From an uncultured Nitrososphaerota archaeon (GTDB lineage Archaea; Thermoproteota; Nitrososphaeria; Nitrososphaerales; Gagatemarchaeaceae), in contig CAWISW010000002.1 of NCBI GenBank assembly GCA_963838925.1, positions 416,001 to 480,000 on the forward strand: 64,000 nt of DNA, in the 5' to 3' direction. Shown piece by piece: positions 27,282 to 37,111 of the stretch. The first letter of the stretch is position 1. Each line of letters opens with the position of its first letter. A program made the position numbers and the translations under genes. The notes below the pieces were generated by a model. The model had not been told where the DNA came from and did no database searches. It saw nothing but the letters and a program-made list of their open reading frames with translations.

Positions 27282-28799
27282 ATGAGAATCCTGCGAAAGG
27301 AAGGCGCGAACATCCTGGTGGTGGCCTCCCCCAACGAGAACGTGAGGCTGGGGGACTATCTCATGGTCTCCGACAAGGACGAAAGGAGCCTGATCCTTCA
27401 GATCTACGACGAGAACTACCTCGACGTCAGCGGGATAGAGGAAGAGGTGGCCAGGGAGGAGGTGCTCTTCTCGTCAACGCAGGGGGTGACCGAGGACCCC
27501 GCGGACGTGGGGACGATCTCGAAGGAGATACGCGACATGAGGCTGCTCCAGTGCAAGGCGAGGGGCAGCATCGAGCACGGGCGCTACAGCTCCCGGAACG
27601 ACTGGATACCCTCGCGCACCGCCTCGAAGATCACGAAGCTGAGCGTGAACGAGCTTCTCGACATGGTCGGGAGGCCGGGCGAGAGGTTCATCAAGATCGG
27701 CCGGACGGGGAGCAGGAACCACCAGTTCAGCATCCCCGCGGAGGCGCTCGACGGGCGGGTCACCATAATCACCGGTAGGAAGGAGTCGGGCAAGTCACAC
27801 CTTGCCAAGATGATGGTCAGGGGCCTCGTCCAGCAGGGAGCCTACTGCATCGTCTTCGACCTCAACGACGAGTACGGCAGCATCGGGATGAAGGCGGACG
27901 GGAGCGGCACCGACGTCGCGAAGAAGGTCGAGGTCAAGAGGCCAGGGCGCAACCTGAAGTTCTCCCTCGCGGGCGCGGGGCTCCGCGCGATCACCTCCCT
28001 TCTACAGCACTCGCTTGACATGACGGGCACCTCCATCCGGGAGTTCATCCGGATATGGGAGGCCATGGAGGCGAAGCACGAGGTGGGCCTGACCTGCCTG
28101 GGGAACTACATCCAGCAGTGGCGGTGCAACGAGTTCGTCCGGGACGCCCTCTACTCCAGGTTCTACACCCTCTCGAACTCCGGCATCTTCTACGAGGGCA
28201 AGGCGGGCGACCCGGACTTCCGCGAGGAGGACGCCATCGAGAGCTTCTTCGCGGCGCACCCAGACGGCGGTGCGCTCGTAATCTCTCTCACCCGGACCTC
28301 CCCGCTCAACAGGAGGATGACGGTCGAGCTCATCCTCTCGAAGCTCGTCGAGCTGCTCGAGCACAGGAAGATCCCTCCGGTCTTCCTCCTCTCGGAGGAG
28401 GCGCACCTCTACCTGCGAGACACCTACTGGGAGGACCTCATCACGAGGATGAGGCACTTCGGGGTCTTCACCACCTTCGTGACGAACCAGCCCGACGCCA
28501 TCAAGCAGGAGATCTACAGGCAGGCGGACAACATCTTCCTCTACAACTTCTCCAACGACTCGGACCTCTCGCTCGTCTCCCAGGCCTCCATGGTGGACAC
28601 CGACACCGTGAGGTCGATAGTCCGCACCCTCCCGCCGAGGATGTGCCTCGCGCTTGGGCACGCGGTGAGCAACCTCCCCATCCTAGTGAACGTGGACGCC
28701 TTCGACTCCCCGCCCACCGGGCTCACGAGGCTCTTCTTCCAGAAGGAGGGGGACGCGGTCAGCGTCGCTGTCAGGGGGCGCAGGGGCCCCGAGCCATGA
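27282..28799 (+). CDS. herA: HerA/FtsK-family ATPase
   Basis: N-terminal HAS-like barrel, ITGRKESGKS, VFDLNDEY, LSEEAH, RMRHFG, TNQP. Confidence 0.88.
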   Translation: MRILRKEGANILVVASPNENVRLGDYLMVSDKDERSLILQIYDENYLDVSGIEEEVAREEVLFSSTQGVTEDPADVGTISKEIRDMRLLQCKARGSIEHGRYSSRNDWIPSRTASKITKLSVNELLDMVGRPGERFIKIGRTGSRNHQFSIPAEALDGRVTIITGRKESGKSHLAKMMVRGLVQQGAYCIVFDLNDEYGSIGMKADGSGTDVAKKVEVKRPGRNLKFSLAGAGLRAITSLLQHSLDMTGTSIREFIRIWEAMEAKHEVGLTCLGNYIQQWRCNEFVRDALYSRFYTLSNSGIFYEGKAGDPDFREEDAIESFFAAHPDGGALVISLTRTSPLNRRMTVELILSKLVELLEHRKIPPVFLLSEEAHLYLRDTYWEDLITRMRHFGVFTTFVTNQPDAIKQEIYRQADNIFLYNFSNDSDLSLVSQASMVDTDTVRSIVRTLPPRMCLALGHAVSNLPILVNVDAFDSPPTGLTRLFFQKEGDAVSVAVRGRRGPEP

Positions 28800-29119
28800 C
28801 CCTGGTCGAGCCCGCGGTCTCCCCGGCGGAGCCCGCGGCCCAGTCCTCTGACAACAAGGCCGCGACGGCGTGCGCCTTCTGCAGGAGGAGGCTGGCCGAG
28901 GAGTTCTACTTCACCTGCAGGAGGTGCAACGCCTCCTACTGCTACATCCACATGTCGCGCCACCAGCCCGTCCCCTGCGCTAGGATGGAGGCGAGGCGCC
29001 GCCGAACCTCGAGAATGCCCGTCCCCGTCGCTGCGCCTCAAGCGGCGCGTGCTAGGCCGGGGGATCAATCCATCCTCCCCGGGGCTGAGTCGTTGGACCG
29101 CTGTTCGGCAAATGTTTAA
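28796..29119 (+). CDS. Small AN1-like zinc-finger protein
   Basis: CAFC...FTCRRCNASYCYIH...H; ATGA overlap with the herA stop. Confidence 0.65.
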   Translation: MTLVEPAVSPAEPAAQSSDNKAATACAFCRRRLAEEFYFTCRRCNASYCYIHMSRHQPVPCARMEARRRRTSRMPVPVAAPQAARARPGDQSILPGAESLDRCSANV

Positions 29120-29145
29120 TAGACATTCACCCCCTTTGGACTTGC

Positions 29146-29853
29146 ATGGAATCGTCCCGGCAGGAGTCGATAGCGAAGATTGCTGGCGAGGTTGTCGCCA
29201 GCGAGGAGCCGGGCAAGGCGCTAAAGTCCTGGCGCGAGAAGCTCGGGATACGCCAGATCAACCTGGCCAGGCAGCTGAAGCTGTCCCCGTCGGTCCTTAG
29301 CGATTACGAGAGCGGCAGGAGGCCGTCCCCGGGAGTCCTCTTCGTGAGGAAGTACGTCGAGGCCATGGTCACCCTCGACGAGTCGCAGGGGAGGGTCGCC
29401 TCGAGGCTGCTCTCGAGGGAGGACAGCTCCGCGATCCTCGCGATAAAGGAGTTCGTCGAGCCAATCAGCGCCACCGACCTCCTCCACAGGGTGAAGGGGA
29501 AGGTCCTCGCGGGAGACCCGAGCAAGCTGCACCTCTACGGCTACACGGTGGTCGACAGCATCAAGACGATCTACGCGCTCTCGGGATACGACTTTTACCG
29601 CATCTTCGGCGCCACGACGGAGAGGGCGATAATATTCACAAAGGTGGGCATGGGGAGGAGCCCGCTGGTGGCGATCAGGGTGTCCCAGCTCAAGCCCAGG
29701 GTGGTCGTCGTCCACGGCCCGGAGCACCTCGACCCGCTCGCGGTCGACCTGGCGAAGAAGGAGGGGCTAGTCCTCGCGCTCTCCCACAGCACCGACGAGG
29801 CCGACATCATCTCCTCGCTCGCCACTCTGGGGCGCGAGCGCGCCAAGCCCTGA
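29146..29853 (+). CDS. XRE-HTH transcriptional regulator (archaeal COG1709-like)
   Basis: IAGEVV.SE.PG.ALK.WRE, SVLSDYESGRR.SPG, GYTVVDS, GRSP.VAIRV. Confidence 0.88.
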   Translation: MESSRQESIAKIAGEVVASEEPGKALKSWREKLGIRQINLARQLKLSPSVLSDYESGRRPSPGVLFVRKYVEAMVTLDESQGRVASRLLSREDSSAILAIKEFVEPISATDLLHRVKGKVLAGDPSKLHLYGYTVVDSIKTIYALSGYDFYRIFGATTERAIIFTKVGMGRSPLVAIRVSQLKPRVVVVHGPEHLDPLAVDLAKKEGLVLALSHSTDEADIISSLATLGRERAKP

Positions 29854-29914
29854 CGCGCGCTCCCTCGGGAAACCTTTTAGGTCGTAGTTCGGGCGCGTCG
29901 AAAAGCGGCTTTTC

Positions 29915-30733
29915 TTGCTTCAAGTCTCCCTACTCTCCGCCCTAGCCTACCTGGCCATCGTCGTCATCTTCGCCCTGGTCGCCATAGGGGCCAAGGCCAT
30001 CGACAGTCGGGGGTTCCTGGCCAGCCTAGCGGTGGGCTACCCCATCCTCCTGGGCGGGGGGTGGCAGTGGTTCGTCATCGTCGCCACCTTCTTCGTCCTG
30101 GGCGTCGCCTTCACTTGGTACCGCTACGAGTACAAGAAGAGCATCGGGAGCGCCCAGGAGAAGGGAGGGACCCGGAACTGGCCGAACATCCTCGCCAACG
30201 GGGGCGTCGCCGCGCTCCTCGGCCTCGGCGAGTTCCTGGGAGGGGGCCTGGGGTTCGCGGTCCTCTACGTGGGCGCGGTGTCGGCGGCGGCGAGCGACAC
30301 GGTCGCGACGGAGCTCGGCCTGCTCAACCGCTCCCCTCCGAGGCTCGTCACCGACCTGAGGAAGACAGTCTCGCCGGGCACGTCGGGGGGCGTGAGCCCG
30401 ATGGGCTTGGCTGGGACCGTCCTCGCATCCGCGCTGATAGGGGTGGTCGCTGCCCTATTAGGCGTCGCGAGCGGCCTCAAGGGGGCGGACGTCCTCGCTG
30501 TATCGGTCTTCGGCGGGGTCGTGGGCTCCCTGGCTGACAGCGTCGCGGGCGCCACGTTCCAGCGCAAGAGCTTCTGCGTCGTCTGCGGCAAGCCCTCGGA
30601 GAACCTCATGCACTGCGGCGAGCCGACGAGGTACTCCTCAGGGGTGAAGTTCGTGGACAACCACGTGGTCAACGTGCTCGCCACGCTCTTCGGGGCGCTG
30701 GGCGCGGTGGCGCTCTACCTGCTCGTTCGGTAG
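29915..30733 (+). CDS. DUF92/TMEM19 membrane protein
   Basis: R.W.NILANG, SDTVATELG, PGTSGGVS..G, DS..GA.FQ, DNH.VN. Confidence 0.92.
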   Translation: MLQVSLLSALAYLAIVVIFALVAIGAKAIDSRGFLASLAVGYPILLGGGWQWFVIVATFFVLGVAFTWYRYEYKKSIGSAQEKGGTRNWPNILANGGVAALLGLGEFLGGGLGFAVLYVGAVSAAASDTVATELGLLNRSPPRLVTDLRKTVSPGTSGGVSPMGLAGTVLASALIGVVAALLGVASGLKGADVLAVSVFGGVVGSLADSVAGATFQRKSFCVVCGKPSENLMHCGEPTRYSSGVKFVDNHVVNVLATLFGALGAVALYLLVR

Positions 30734-30749
30734 GTCTCTCAGCCTTGTC

Positions 30750-32210
30750 TCAGAGGTGGGCTTTCAGCCACTCGCCCAGCTTGTCCTTGCTTACCTTGTC
30801 CTGGGACCTGTCGTCCCTGTGCCTCACCGTCACCTCGCCCTTCTCCAGCGTGTCGTGGTCTATCGTCACGCAGAAGGGTATCCCCGCCTCGTCCGCCCTC
30901 GCGTACCTCCTGCCTATGGAGCCAGACTCGTCGTAGAAGAGGTCGTAGTCCACGCGCAGCGCGTTGTAGAGCCGCTCGGCCTCGACGTCGAGCCCGTCCT
31001 TGGACACCAGGGGGAATATCCCCGCCTGTATGGGGGCGATGTCCGGCCTCAGGGACAGGTACACCCTGTCCCCGCCCTTGCTGTCCTTCTCTGACCTGTA
31101 CGCCTTCTCTAGGATGACGTAGAGGCTCCTGTCGACCCCCATCGAGAGCTCGAAGATGTGCGGGAGCACCTTCTTCCCGTCCTCCTGGATGGTGTAGTCC
31201 GTCCCGCTAACCTCGGAGTGCCTCTTGAGGTCGTAGTCCGACCTGTAGTTGCAGGCGACCAGCTCCAGCCACCCCACCGAGGTCCTAACCTCGAGGTCGA
31301 AGGCGACCTTGGAGTAGAAAGCCTTCTCCACGTCCGAGAGAGTCCTGAGCCTGATGTCCGCCTTCGGGAGGCCGATCGCCTCCTCGTAGAAGCTCTGGAT
31401 GAGGTAGAGGTAGTAGCCGATGAGCTTGTTCGGGACGGTCCCGGCGGCGATGGCCTCGGAGACCTTCGTTGAGACCGGCTCGACGTCCCCCTTCGAGACG
31501 GAGAGCGCAAACTCGGAGGCCACGTCGAACTTGGGGAGCGACACGTTCTCCGGGTCGAAGCAGACCTCGATCTCGGCCTGGTAGATCTCCCTGACCCTCA
31601 AGACGCCCTGCCTCGGGGCTATCTCGTTCCTGAAGCTCTTCCCGAACTGCGCGAAGCCCTTCGGGAGCTTGATCCTCTGGGTCTTGAAGAGGTACGGTAT
31701 GTCCGCGAATATGCCCTGGCAGGTCTCCGGCCTGAGGTACGCCTCGTCCCCCTGGGGTCCTATCCCGAGCCTGAACATCATGTTGAACCTCTTCGTCCCG
31801 GTGAGCTCGGCCTTGCACTTTGTGCACCTGATGCCGTTCTCCTTGAGGAGCTCGTCGTACACTTCGTCCGGCAGGTTCTCGGGGGTCGCCTGGCCCAGCT
31901 TCTCCTCGATCAGCTTGTCCGGCCTGTAGAGCGAGCGGCAGTTGCCGCAGACGACTATGGGGTCGGTGAAGTTTGAAAGGTGGCCCGAGGCGACGAAGAC
32001 CGCCTTGGGCATTATCTGTACCGCGTCTATCTCAACCATCTCGTCGCGCTTGACGAGGTTCTTGCGCCAGAGCTCGACGTACCTGTTCTTGAGAGCCACC
32101 CCCAGCGGACCATAGTCCCAGAAGCCTGCGGGCGTGTTGGGGTACGCCTCGGCGGACTGCATGAGGTAGCCGCGCCTCGTGGCGACGTTCATCACGTCTT
32201 CGTAGTTCAT
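30750..32210 (-). CDS. glyS: Glycine--tRNA ligase
   Basis: DYGPLG, YLRPETCQGIF, FRNEIAPRQG..R.RE, ELSMGVDR, GSIGRRYAR.DE. Confidence 0.96.
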   Translation of the reverse strand: MNYEDVMNVATRRGYLMQSAEAYPNTPAGFWDYGPLGVALKNRYVELWRKNLVKRDEMVEIDAVQIMPKAVFVASGHLSNFTDPIVVCGNCRSLYRPDKLIEEKLGQATPENLPDEVYDELLKENGIRCTKCKAELTGTKRFNMMFRLGIGPQGDEAYLRPETCQGIFADIPYLFKTQRIKLPKGFAQFGKSFRNEIAPRQGVLRVREIYQAEIEVCFDPENVSLPKFDVASEFALSVSKGDVEPVSTKVSEAIAAGTVPNKLIGYYLYLIQSFYEEAIGLPKADIRLRTLSDVEKAFYSKVAFDLEVRTSVGWLELVACNYRSDYDLKRHSEVSGTDYTIQEDGKKVLPHIFELSMGVDRSLYVILEKAYRSEKDSKGGDRVYLSLRPDIAPIQAGIFPLVSKDGLDVEAERLYNALRVDYDLFYDESGSIGRRYARADEAGIPFCVTIDHDTLEKGEVTVRHRDDRSQDKVSKDKLGEWLKAHL

Positions 32211-32280
32211 CTGGTCTCTGTGCGCTCCGCTCGCCGAGACCGTATTTTAGGAGTTGGTGTGCCGCGGAAGAAGGCGCGCC

Positions 32281-32508
32281 TCAGATGGCCTTGATCTGCT
32301 TTACTACGCTCGGTCTGACCTTCCTGAAGACCCGGTAGCCGCAGATGCACTTCACCTCAGGAAGGGAGGAAAGCTCCTCCTGGGTAGTCCTCGTGCCGCA
32401 CCGCACGCACTCGTACACCGCCCCTGGGAAGACCTTCACCGGCGGCGCTTCGCCGGCGGGAGCGGCGACCTTCGCTTCGCCTGATTCTGGCGATTGTGTT
32501 TCAGACAT
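32281..32508 (-). CDS. rpoP: RNA polymerase subunit Rpo12 (RpoP)
   Basis: YECVRCG...KCICGYRVFRKVR. Confidence 0.92.
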   Translation of the reverse strand: MSETQSPESGEAKVAAPAGEAPPVKVFPGAVYECVRCGTRTTQEELSSLPEVKCICGYRVFRKVRPSVVKQIKAI

Positions 32509-32610
32509 GTCGCTTTGACGCGCCAGGGGGGCATATTTCTACATTGCCCCGCGAATCGAGGCCTTTTCGATGAGAACGGTTAAATTTCGCTCCTGCGACC
32601 CTCCTCTTGC

Positions 32611-32892
32611 ATGGCAAACGATAGGGCCCTTGGGGGAGCCATCCTTCTGGGGAGCATTGCGGGCATAATCATCTACGGAATTCTACTCTTCTACTGGCCG
32701 ACGCTCATCCTCGAGATAACCGCGTTCCTCGCGGTCGTGGTCCTCCTCGGAATACTCGGCTGGATCGGTTGGACGATGGCTACCACGCCGCCCCCGGAGC
32801 CAATGCCCGAGATGACAGGGACTGCAGGACAGCCTCCCGCGGCTCCCGGCGCCCCCGCGGCCGGCGCGACCGACAAGAAGCCCTCCAGCTAG
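32611..32892 (+). CDS. Small conserved archaeal 2-TM protein
   Basis: DRALGGAIL...WIGWTMATTPPP. Confidence 0.75.
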   Translation: MANDRALGGAILLGSIAGIIIYGILLFYWPTLILEITAFLAVVVLLGILGWIGWTMATTPPPEPMPEMTGTAGQPPAAPGAPAAGATDKKPSS

Positions 32893-32898
32893 AGCCGG

Positions 32899-33681
32899 CT
32901 AGTACTTCCTGAACCTGATGCTCAGGACGCCGGCGAAGAACTCCCACATCTCGCCGCTCCCCATCTTGGAAGCGCCCTTCGCCCTCTCCTCAAACGTGAA
33001 AGGAACCTCGGTCATCCGGTAGCCGTTCTTCTTCAGGATGTACAGCGACTCTACCTGGAAGATGAACCCGACTGACCGCGGGGGGTGCTGGAGCAGGCAC
33101 TCGACGGCGCTCCTCCTGAGCGCCTTGAACCCGGTTGTCGTGTCCTTCACCCCCAGCCCGAGCACAGTCCTCGAGAACCAGCTCGCGCCCTTGCTGATCG
33201 CCCTCCTCCTCCAGTTCAGCCCCTTGAAGCTCCCTCCCTTGACGTGGCGCGAGGCGATGGCCACGTCGGCATCTCCCGAAGCGACCTTCGAGACGAGGGT
33301 CTCGAGTATCTCGGGCGGATGCTGGAGGTCCGCGTCCATCTGCACAACCACGTCAGGGTCCTGGCTCTCGACGACCTTCCTGAACCCCTCGATGTACGCC
33401 GTCCCCAGCCCCTTCTTGCCCTCCCTCTCGAGGAGCCTGAACGCCGGGGTGTTCTCCATCAGGCTCCTGATCTCGGCCCCGGTCCCGTCGGGACTGTTGT
33501 CGTCCACAAATAGGACGGTCATCCTCCCCTGCATGGACTCTAGGACGGGCCCGAGCCTGCGCTTGAACTCCTGGATGTTCTCCCTCTCGTTGTAGGTGGG
33601 AACGACGACCGCGACCCGGGGCTGCCTCGTGGCGACCTTCGTTGGATCGGCTTGAGGAGGAGCGCTCTTCCCCAGGCTCAA
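32899..33681 (-). CDS. Polyprenol/dolichol-phosphate mannose synthase (DPM1-like GT2)
   Basis: VPTYNEREN, VDDNSPDGT, GLGTAY..GF, MDADLQHPP, D.TTGFK. Confidence 0.92.
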   Translation of the reverse strand: MSLGKSAPPQADPTKVATRQPRVAVVVPTYNERENIQEFKRRLGPVLESMQGRMTVLFVDDNSPDGTGAEIRSLMENTPAFRLLEREGKKGLGTAYIEGFRKVVESQDPDVVVQMDADLQHPPEILETLVSKVASGDADVAIASRHVKGGSFKGLNWRRRAISKGASWFSRTVLGLGVKDTTTGFKALRRSAVECLLQHPPRSVGFIFQVESLYILKKNGYRMTEVPFTFEERAKGASKMGSGEMWEFFAGVLSIRFRKY

Positions 33682-34784
33682 GCCTTCACCGCCTTCGCGA
33701 ACTCCTCGGCGACGAGCTCGACCTCCTCCTCTGTCACGCCCGGGTGGACGGGCAGCGAGAGCACGTGTCCCGCCGCGCTCGCCGACTTTGGGAGCTTCAG
33801 GTCCCCGTACCCCAGCTTCTTGTAGAGTGGCATCCTGTTCACGGGCGTCTCCCAGTACGCGGCCGCACCGACTCCCCGCGCCCTCAGCCTCTTGACGACC
33901 TCGTCCCTCCTCTTCGCCAGGAAGACGGTGTAGAGGTACCAGACGTGCTTCCTGTCGCCTGAGAGCTGCCTGAGCTCGACGCCCTTCAGCGACGATATCG
34001 TCTCCGTCAGCGCCTTCGCGTTCTTCCTCCGCGCCGCGATGTAGGAGTCGAGCCTGTCCATCTGGACAGAGGCGAGGGCCGCCGCCATCTCAGGCATCCT
34101 GTAGTTGAACCCGAGGACCTTCGTGTCGTAGCCCGCCTGCATGCCGTGGTTCCTCACAAGCCTGACCAGGTCGGCGAACTCGTCGTCGTCGGTCGTTATC
34201 GCGCCCCCCTCGCCCGAGGTGATCACCTTGGTCGCGTAGAGGCTGAAGCACCCAGAGTGGTCCGTCTTCCCGGTCGCCCTTCGGTGGTACGCAGCGCCCA
34301 GCGACTCGGCCGCGTCCTCGATCACCTTGGCCGAGGCCTTGTCCGCTATCTCCCTGACCTCGTCGAGGTCGGCCGGATAGCCGTAGACGTCAACTGGGAT
34401 TATCGCCTTTGTCTTCTTGGAGACCTTCCTCCGCACGTCGCTCGGGTCGATGTTGTAGTCGTCCTTGATGTCAGCGAAGACGGGCTTTGCGCCGCACGCC
34501 AGGACGACGTTCGCGGTGGCCTCGAAAGTGAACGCTGGGACGATCACCTCGTCTCCGGGGCCCACGCCGTAGGCGACCAGCGAGGTGTGGAGCGCCGCGG
34601 TCCCAGAGTTCACGGCGATCGCGTGCTTCGTCCCTACCTTGGCCTTCAGCTTCGCCTCGAACTCCCTGACGAACTTGCCTCCCTCGTAGCTGGCGTTGGT
34701 GAGGAGCCCGCTGTCGAGGACCGCCATCACCGCGTCCTTCTCCTCCTTCCCCAGGATGGGGATGTTGATCGGGATGAACCTCAT
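33678..34784 (-). CDS. DegT/DnrJ/EryC1 sugar aminotransferase
   Basis: NSGTAAL, IEDAAE, FSLYATK, GEGG, LSLPVHP. Confidence 0.95.
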   Translation of the reverse strand: MRFIPINIPILGKEEKDAVMAVLDSGLLTNASYEGGKFVREFEAKLKAKVGTKHAIAVNSGTAALHTSLVAYGVGPGDEVIVPAFTFEATANVVLACGAKPVFADIKDDYNIDPSDVRRKVSKKTKAIIPVDVYGYPADLDEVREIADKASAKVIEDAAESLGAAYHRRATGKTDHSGCFSLYATKVITSGEGGAITTDDDEFADLVRLVRNHGMQAGYDTKVLGFNYRMPEMAAALASVQMDRLDSYIAARRKNAKALTETISSLKGVELRQLSGDRKHVWYLYTVFLAKRRDEVVKRLRARGVGAAAYWETPVNRMPLYKKLGYGDLKLPKSASAAGHVLSLPVHPGVTEEEVELVAEEFAKAVKA

Positions 34785-34791
34785 CTTACGG

Positions 34792-35883
34792 TCACCTGGC
34801 GGCGACGGGCTTTCCCTCGTCGCGAATGATCGCCATGGCCTCCTCCAGGACATTCGTCCCCCTGAAGTGCTCCCTCACTGGCGCCACAACCTCGTCGAGG
34901 CTCGCGGCGACCGCCTTCTTCAGGTCCGTCGGGTGGAGCTTCCCCGCCACGTAGTCCCTCTCGAGCTCGGCGTAGCTCCCGTAGCGGACGGTCCCCCCGT
35001 ATTTCTCAGGCCTCACAATCTCGATTTGGCTCGTCTCGTGGAAGACTATATGCCGCGCGTATTCGAGGACGGGGTTGCCCTCGGACTGCTTCTCCGGGCA
35101 CCAGGCCTTGACCATCTTCCTGGATATCTCCTCTGCGCCGTCGTGGACGAATATGGCCGAGTCCGGCTTGGACTTGCTCATCTTGCTGGAGATGACCTTG
35201 TCTGCCTCCGCGTCCTCGTCGAGACCGGCCGCCTCTGGCTTGAGGAGGCCCGCCAGAAGGTGGTGGTGGACGGCGACCGGGACCTTCCAGCCGAGGGACG
35301 GGAAGACCTCTCTGACGAGCACGTGGACCTTCCGCTGGTCCATCCCGCTGTGTGCGATGTCAAGTTCCATCGCCCTGATGTCCACCGCCTGCATCGGAGG
35401 GTAGATGTACTGGGCGACGTCCAGCTTGTCCCTCGTCGTCCTCCCCATTATCGTGAGGCACCTTGTGTCCCGCGCCAGGGTGATCTGCTTGGAGAACCGA
35501 AGGAGGTCCTTCCAGTATTGGTCGTTCCCTGCGTAGAGTTTGCTCCCGAGCTCGAACTCGACCCCGGGGCAGAAGAACCCAAAGGCCTCCTTGTAGTACC
35601 TCGAGACCCTCTCTATCTTCTCGATGTCCCCGCCCAGCTTGTTGTTGATGTAGCTGTGCCAGTCCGCGAGGAATACCTTGCAGCGGATGCCGGCCTTGAG
35701 AAAGTCGTTGATCTTGAAGCCCAGTATCACCAGCGAGCCGAGGTGGAGCAGCCCCGAGATCTCGAGCCCGATGTAGTGCTTGGGGTGCGCCTCCTTCCCG
35801 AGGAGCGCTACCAGCTCCGCCTCCGTCAGAACCTCTTCCGTGGGCGGCCTCCTAACGAGCGCAAGCCTCTCCTCTAGGTCCAT
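34792..35883 (-). CDS. tyrS: Tyrosine--tRNA ligase
   Basis: YIGLEISG.LHLG, YPPMQAVD, GMDQRK, KMSKS. Confidence 0.96.
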   Translation of the reverse strand: MDLEERLALVRRPPTEEVLTEAELVALLGKEAHPKHYIGLEISGLLHLGSLVILGFKINDFLKAGIRCKVFLADWHSYINNKLGGDIEKIERVSRYYKEAFGFFCPGVEFELGSKLYAGNDQYWKDLLRFSKQITLARDTRCLTIMGRTTRDKLDVAQYIYPPMQAVDIRAMELDIAHSGMDQRKVHVLVREVFPSLGWKVPVAVHHHLLAGLLKPEAAGLDEDAEADKVISSKMSKSKPDSAIFVHDGAEEISRKMVKAWCPEKQSEGNPVLEYARHIVFHETSQIEIVRPEKYGGTVRYGSYAELERDYVAGKLHPTDLKKAVAASLDEVVAPVREHFRGTNVLEEAMAIIRDEGKPVAAR

Positions 35884-36001
35884 GGATGCTCCTCGACGTC
35901 TTGTTCCCCTCGCCCGTCGCCATTTAAGGGATTCAAGGGAATCCGTCTGCAGGATCTCGGCGACAAACACTTTAAAGGAATGTCCGGGGTGATTTGCCCG
36001 A

Positions 36002-36574
36002 ATGTCCATGGAGCAGATGGATGAGCTCCGCCGTCCGGACGCGAACACGCGCCTGATGTACAGGATCGTGTTCGGGGTGTCCGGGGTCGTGATCCTGGCG
36101 GCTTGGGCGTACGGTATCGGGACGGCGGCCATCGTCTCGAGCGGGAGCCTCCCGGTCATCGGGCAGAGCATGGTGAACGTCTCCTGGCCTCTTCCCTACT
36201 TGGCCCAGCCTGTGGACTACCTCTGCGTTGCCTCCGTGACCTTCTTCTACTCCGGGATCCGGCTCTGGCAGAACAAGGTCGCGCAGTGGTCGCACCTCGT
36301 GCTGGCCTCGCTCCAGCTCCTCGCCATCGTGGTCGCTTTCGCGACGGCATACGAGGTCATGTACAACTTCATGCTTTGGGGCTCGTACTTCAGCATCCAG
36401 GTGCTCAACAGCAACTTGGCCTCCAATCCGCTGCTGCTCTCTAGCCCTGGCCCGACCCCCTGGAACCTCGGGTTCGCGACCAAGATGTTCTCGGCGATCT
36501 TCTTGATAAGCGCCTACAGCGCGTACTTCCTGAGAAAGGTGCACCAGGTGCCGGGCGCGCCCGACAGCCTCTAG
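36002..36574 (+). CDS. Hypothetical multi-TM membrane protein
   Basis: About 4 hydrophobic helices; YEVMYNF..W, PWNL.FATK. Confidence 0.7.
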   Translation: MSMEQMDELRRPDANTRLMYRIVFGVSGVVILAAWAYGIGTAAIVSSGSLPVIGQSMVNVSWPLPYLAQPVDYLCVASVTFFYSGIRLWQNKVAQWSHLVLASLQLLAIVVAFATAYEVMYNFMLWGSYFSIQVLNSNLASNPLLLSSPGPTPWNLGFATKMFSAIFLISAYSAYFLRKVHQVPGAPDSL

Positions 36575-36945
36575 GCCTTCTTGGCGGTCTCTGAGGGACG
36601 GCCCATCGAGAGGGTCGCCATCTCGAGGTAGGCGCAGACTATCGCGAAGACCCCGAACACGCCGAGGCTCGTCAGCCCCACGCCGCCTAGGTTCGATCCG
36701 ATGAGGGTCGAGGCCTCGTACGCCTGGTAGACGGTGAGGGTCAGCCCGAAGAGCGCGCTCGCTCCAGCAAGCGGCCTCCCCACCCAGCTCGACGGCGTCG
36801 CGAGCAGGAGTACCCCGCTCAGCAAGAACGCGAGAGCGGCCAGGACGAGCAGGGCTCCCCCGCCGGTCGCCACTATCCCGACCCAGAAGACTCCCACCAC
36901 GAAGAACAGGATGGGCACAAGCAACTCCCTGAGCGACTTCGCCAC
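36571..36945 (-). CDS. Hypothetical 4-TM membrane protein
   Basis: Four hydrophobic segments. Confidence 0.65.
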   Translation of the reverse strand: MAKSLRELLVPILFFVVGVFWVGIVATGGGALLVLAALAFLLSGVLLLATPSSWVGRPLAGASALFGLTLTVYQAYEASTLIGSNLGGVGLTSLGVFGVFAIVCAYLEMATLSMGRPSETAKKA

Positions 36946-37111
36946 GACTCCGACCGAAAAATGCAGAAGTTATAATCATTTGGGCTGCTGACAAATCTCG
37001 TGTGCGTACGCGTGCATTCGTGTCCCGGCGACCATCCTGACAGGATTGGGGATTCATCACCCTAAAATACAACATACGTCATGGAGTCCCCTCTAGGGTG
37101 GTCGATGGAAG

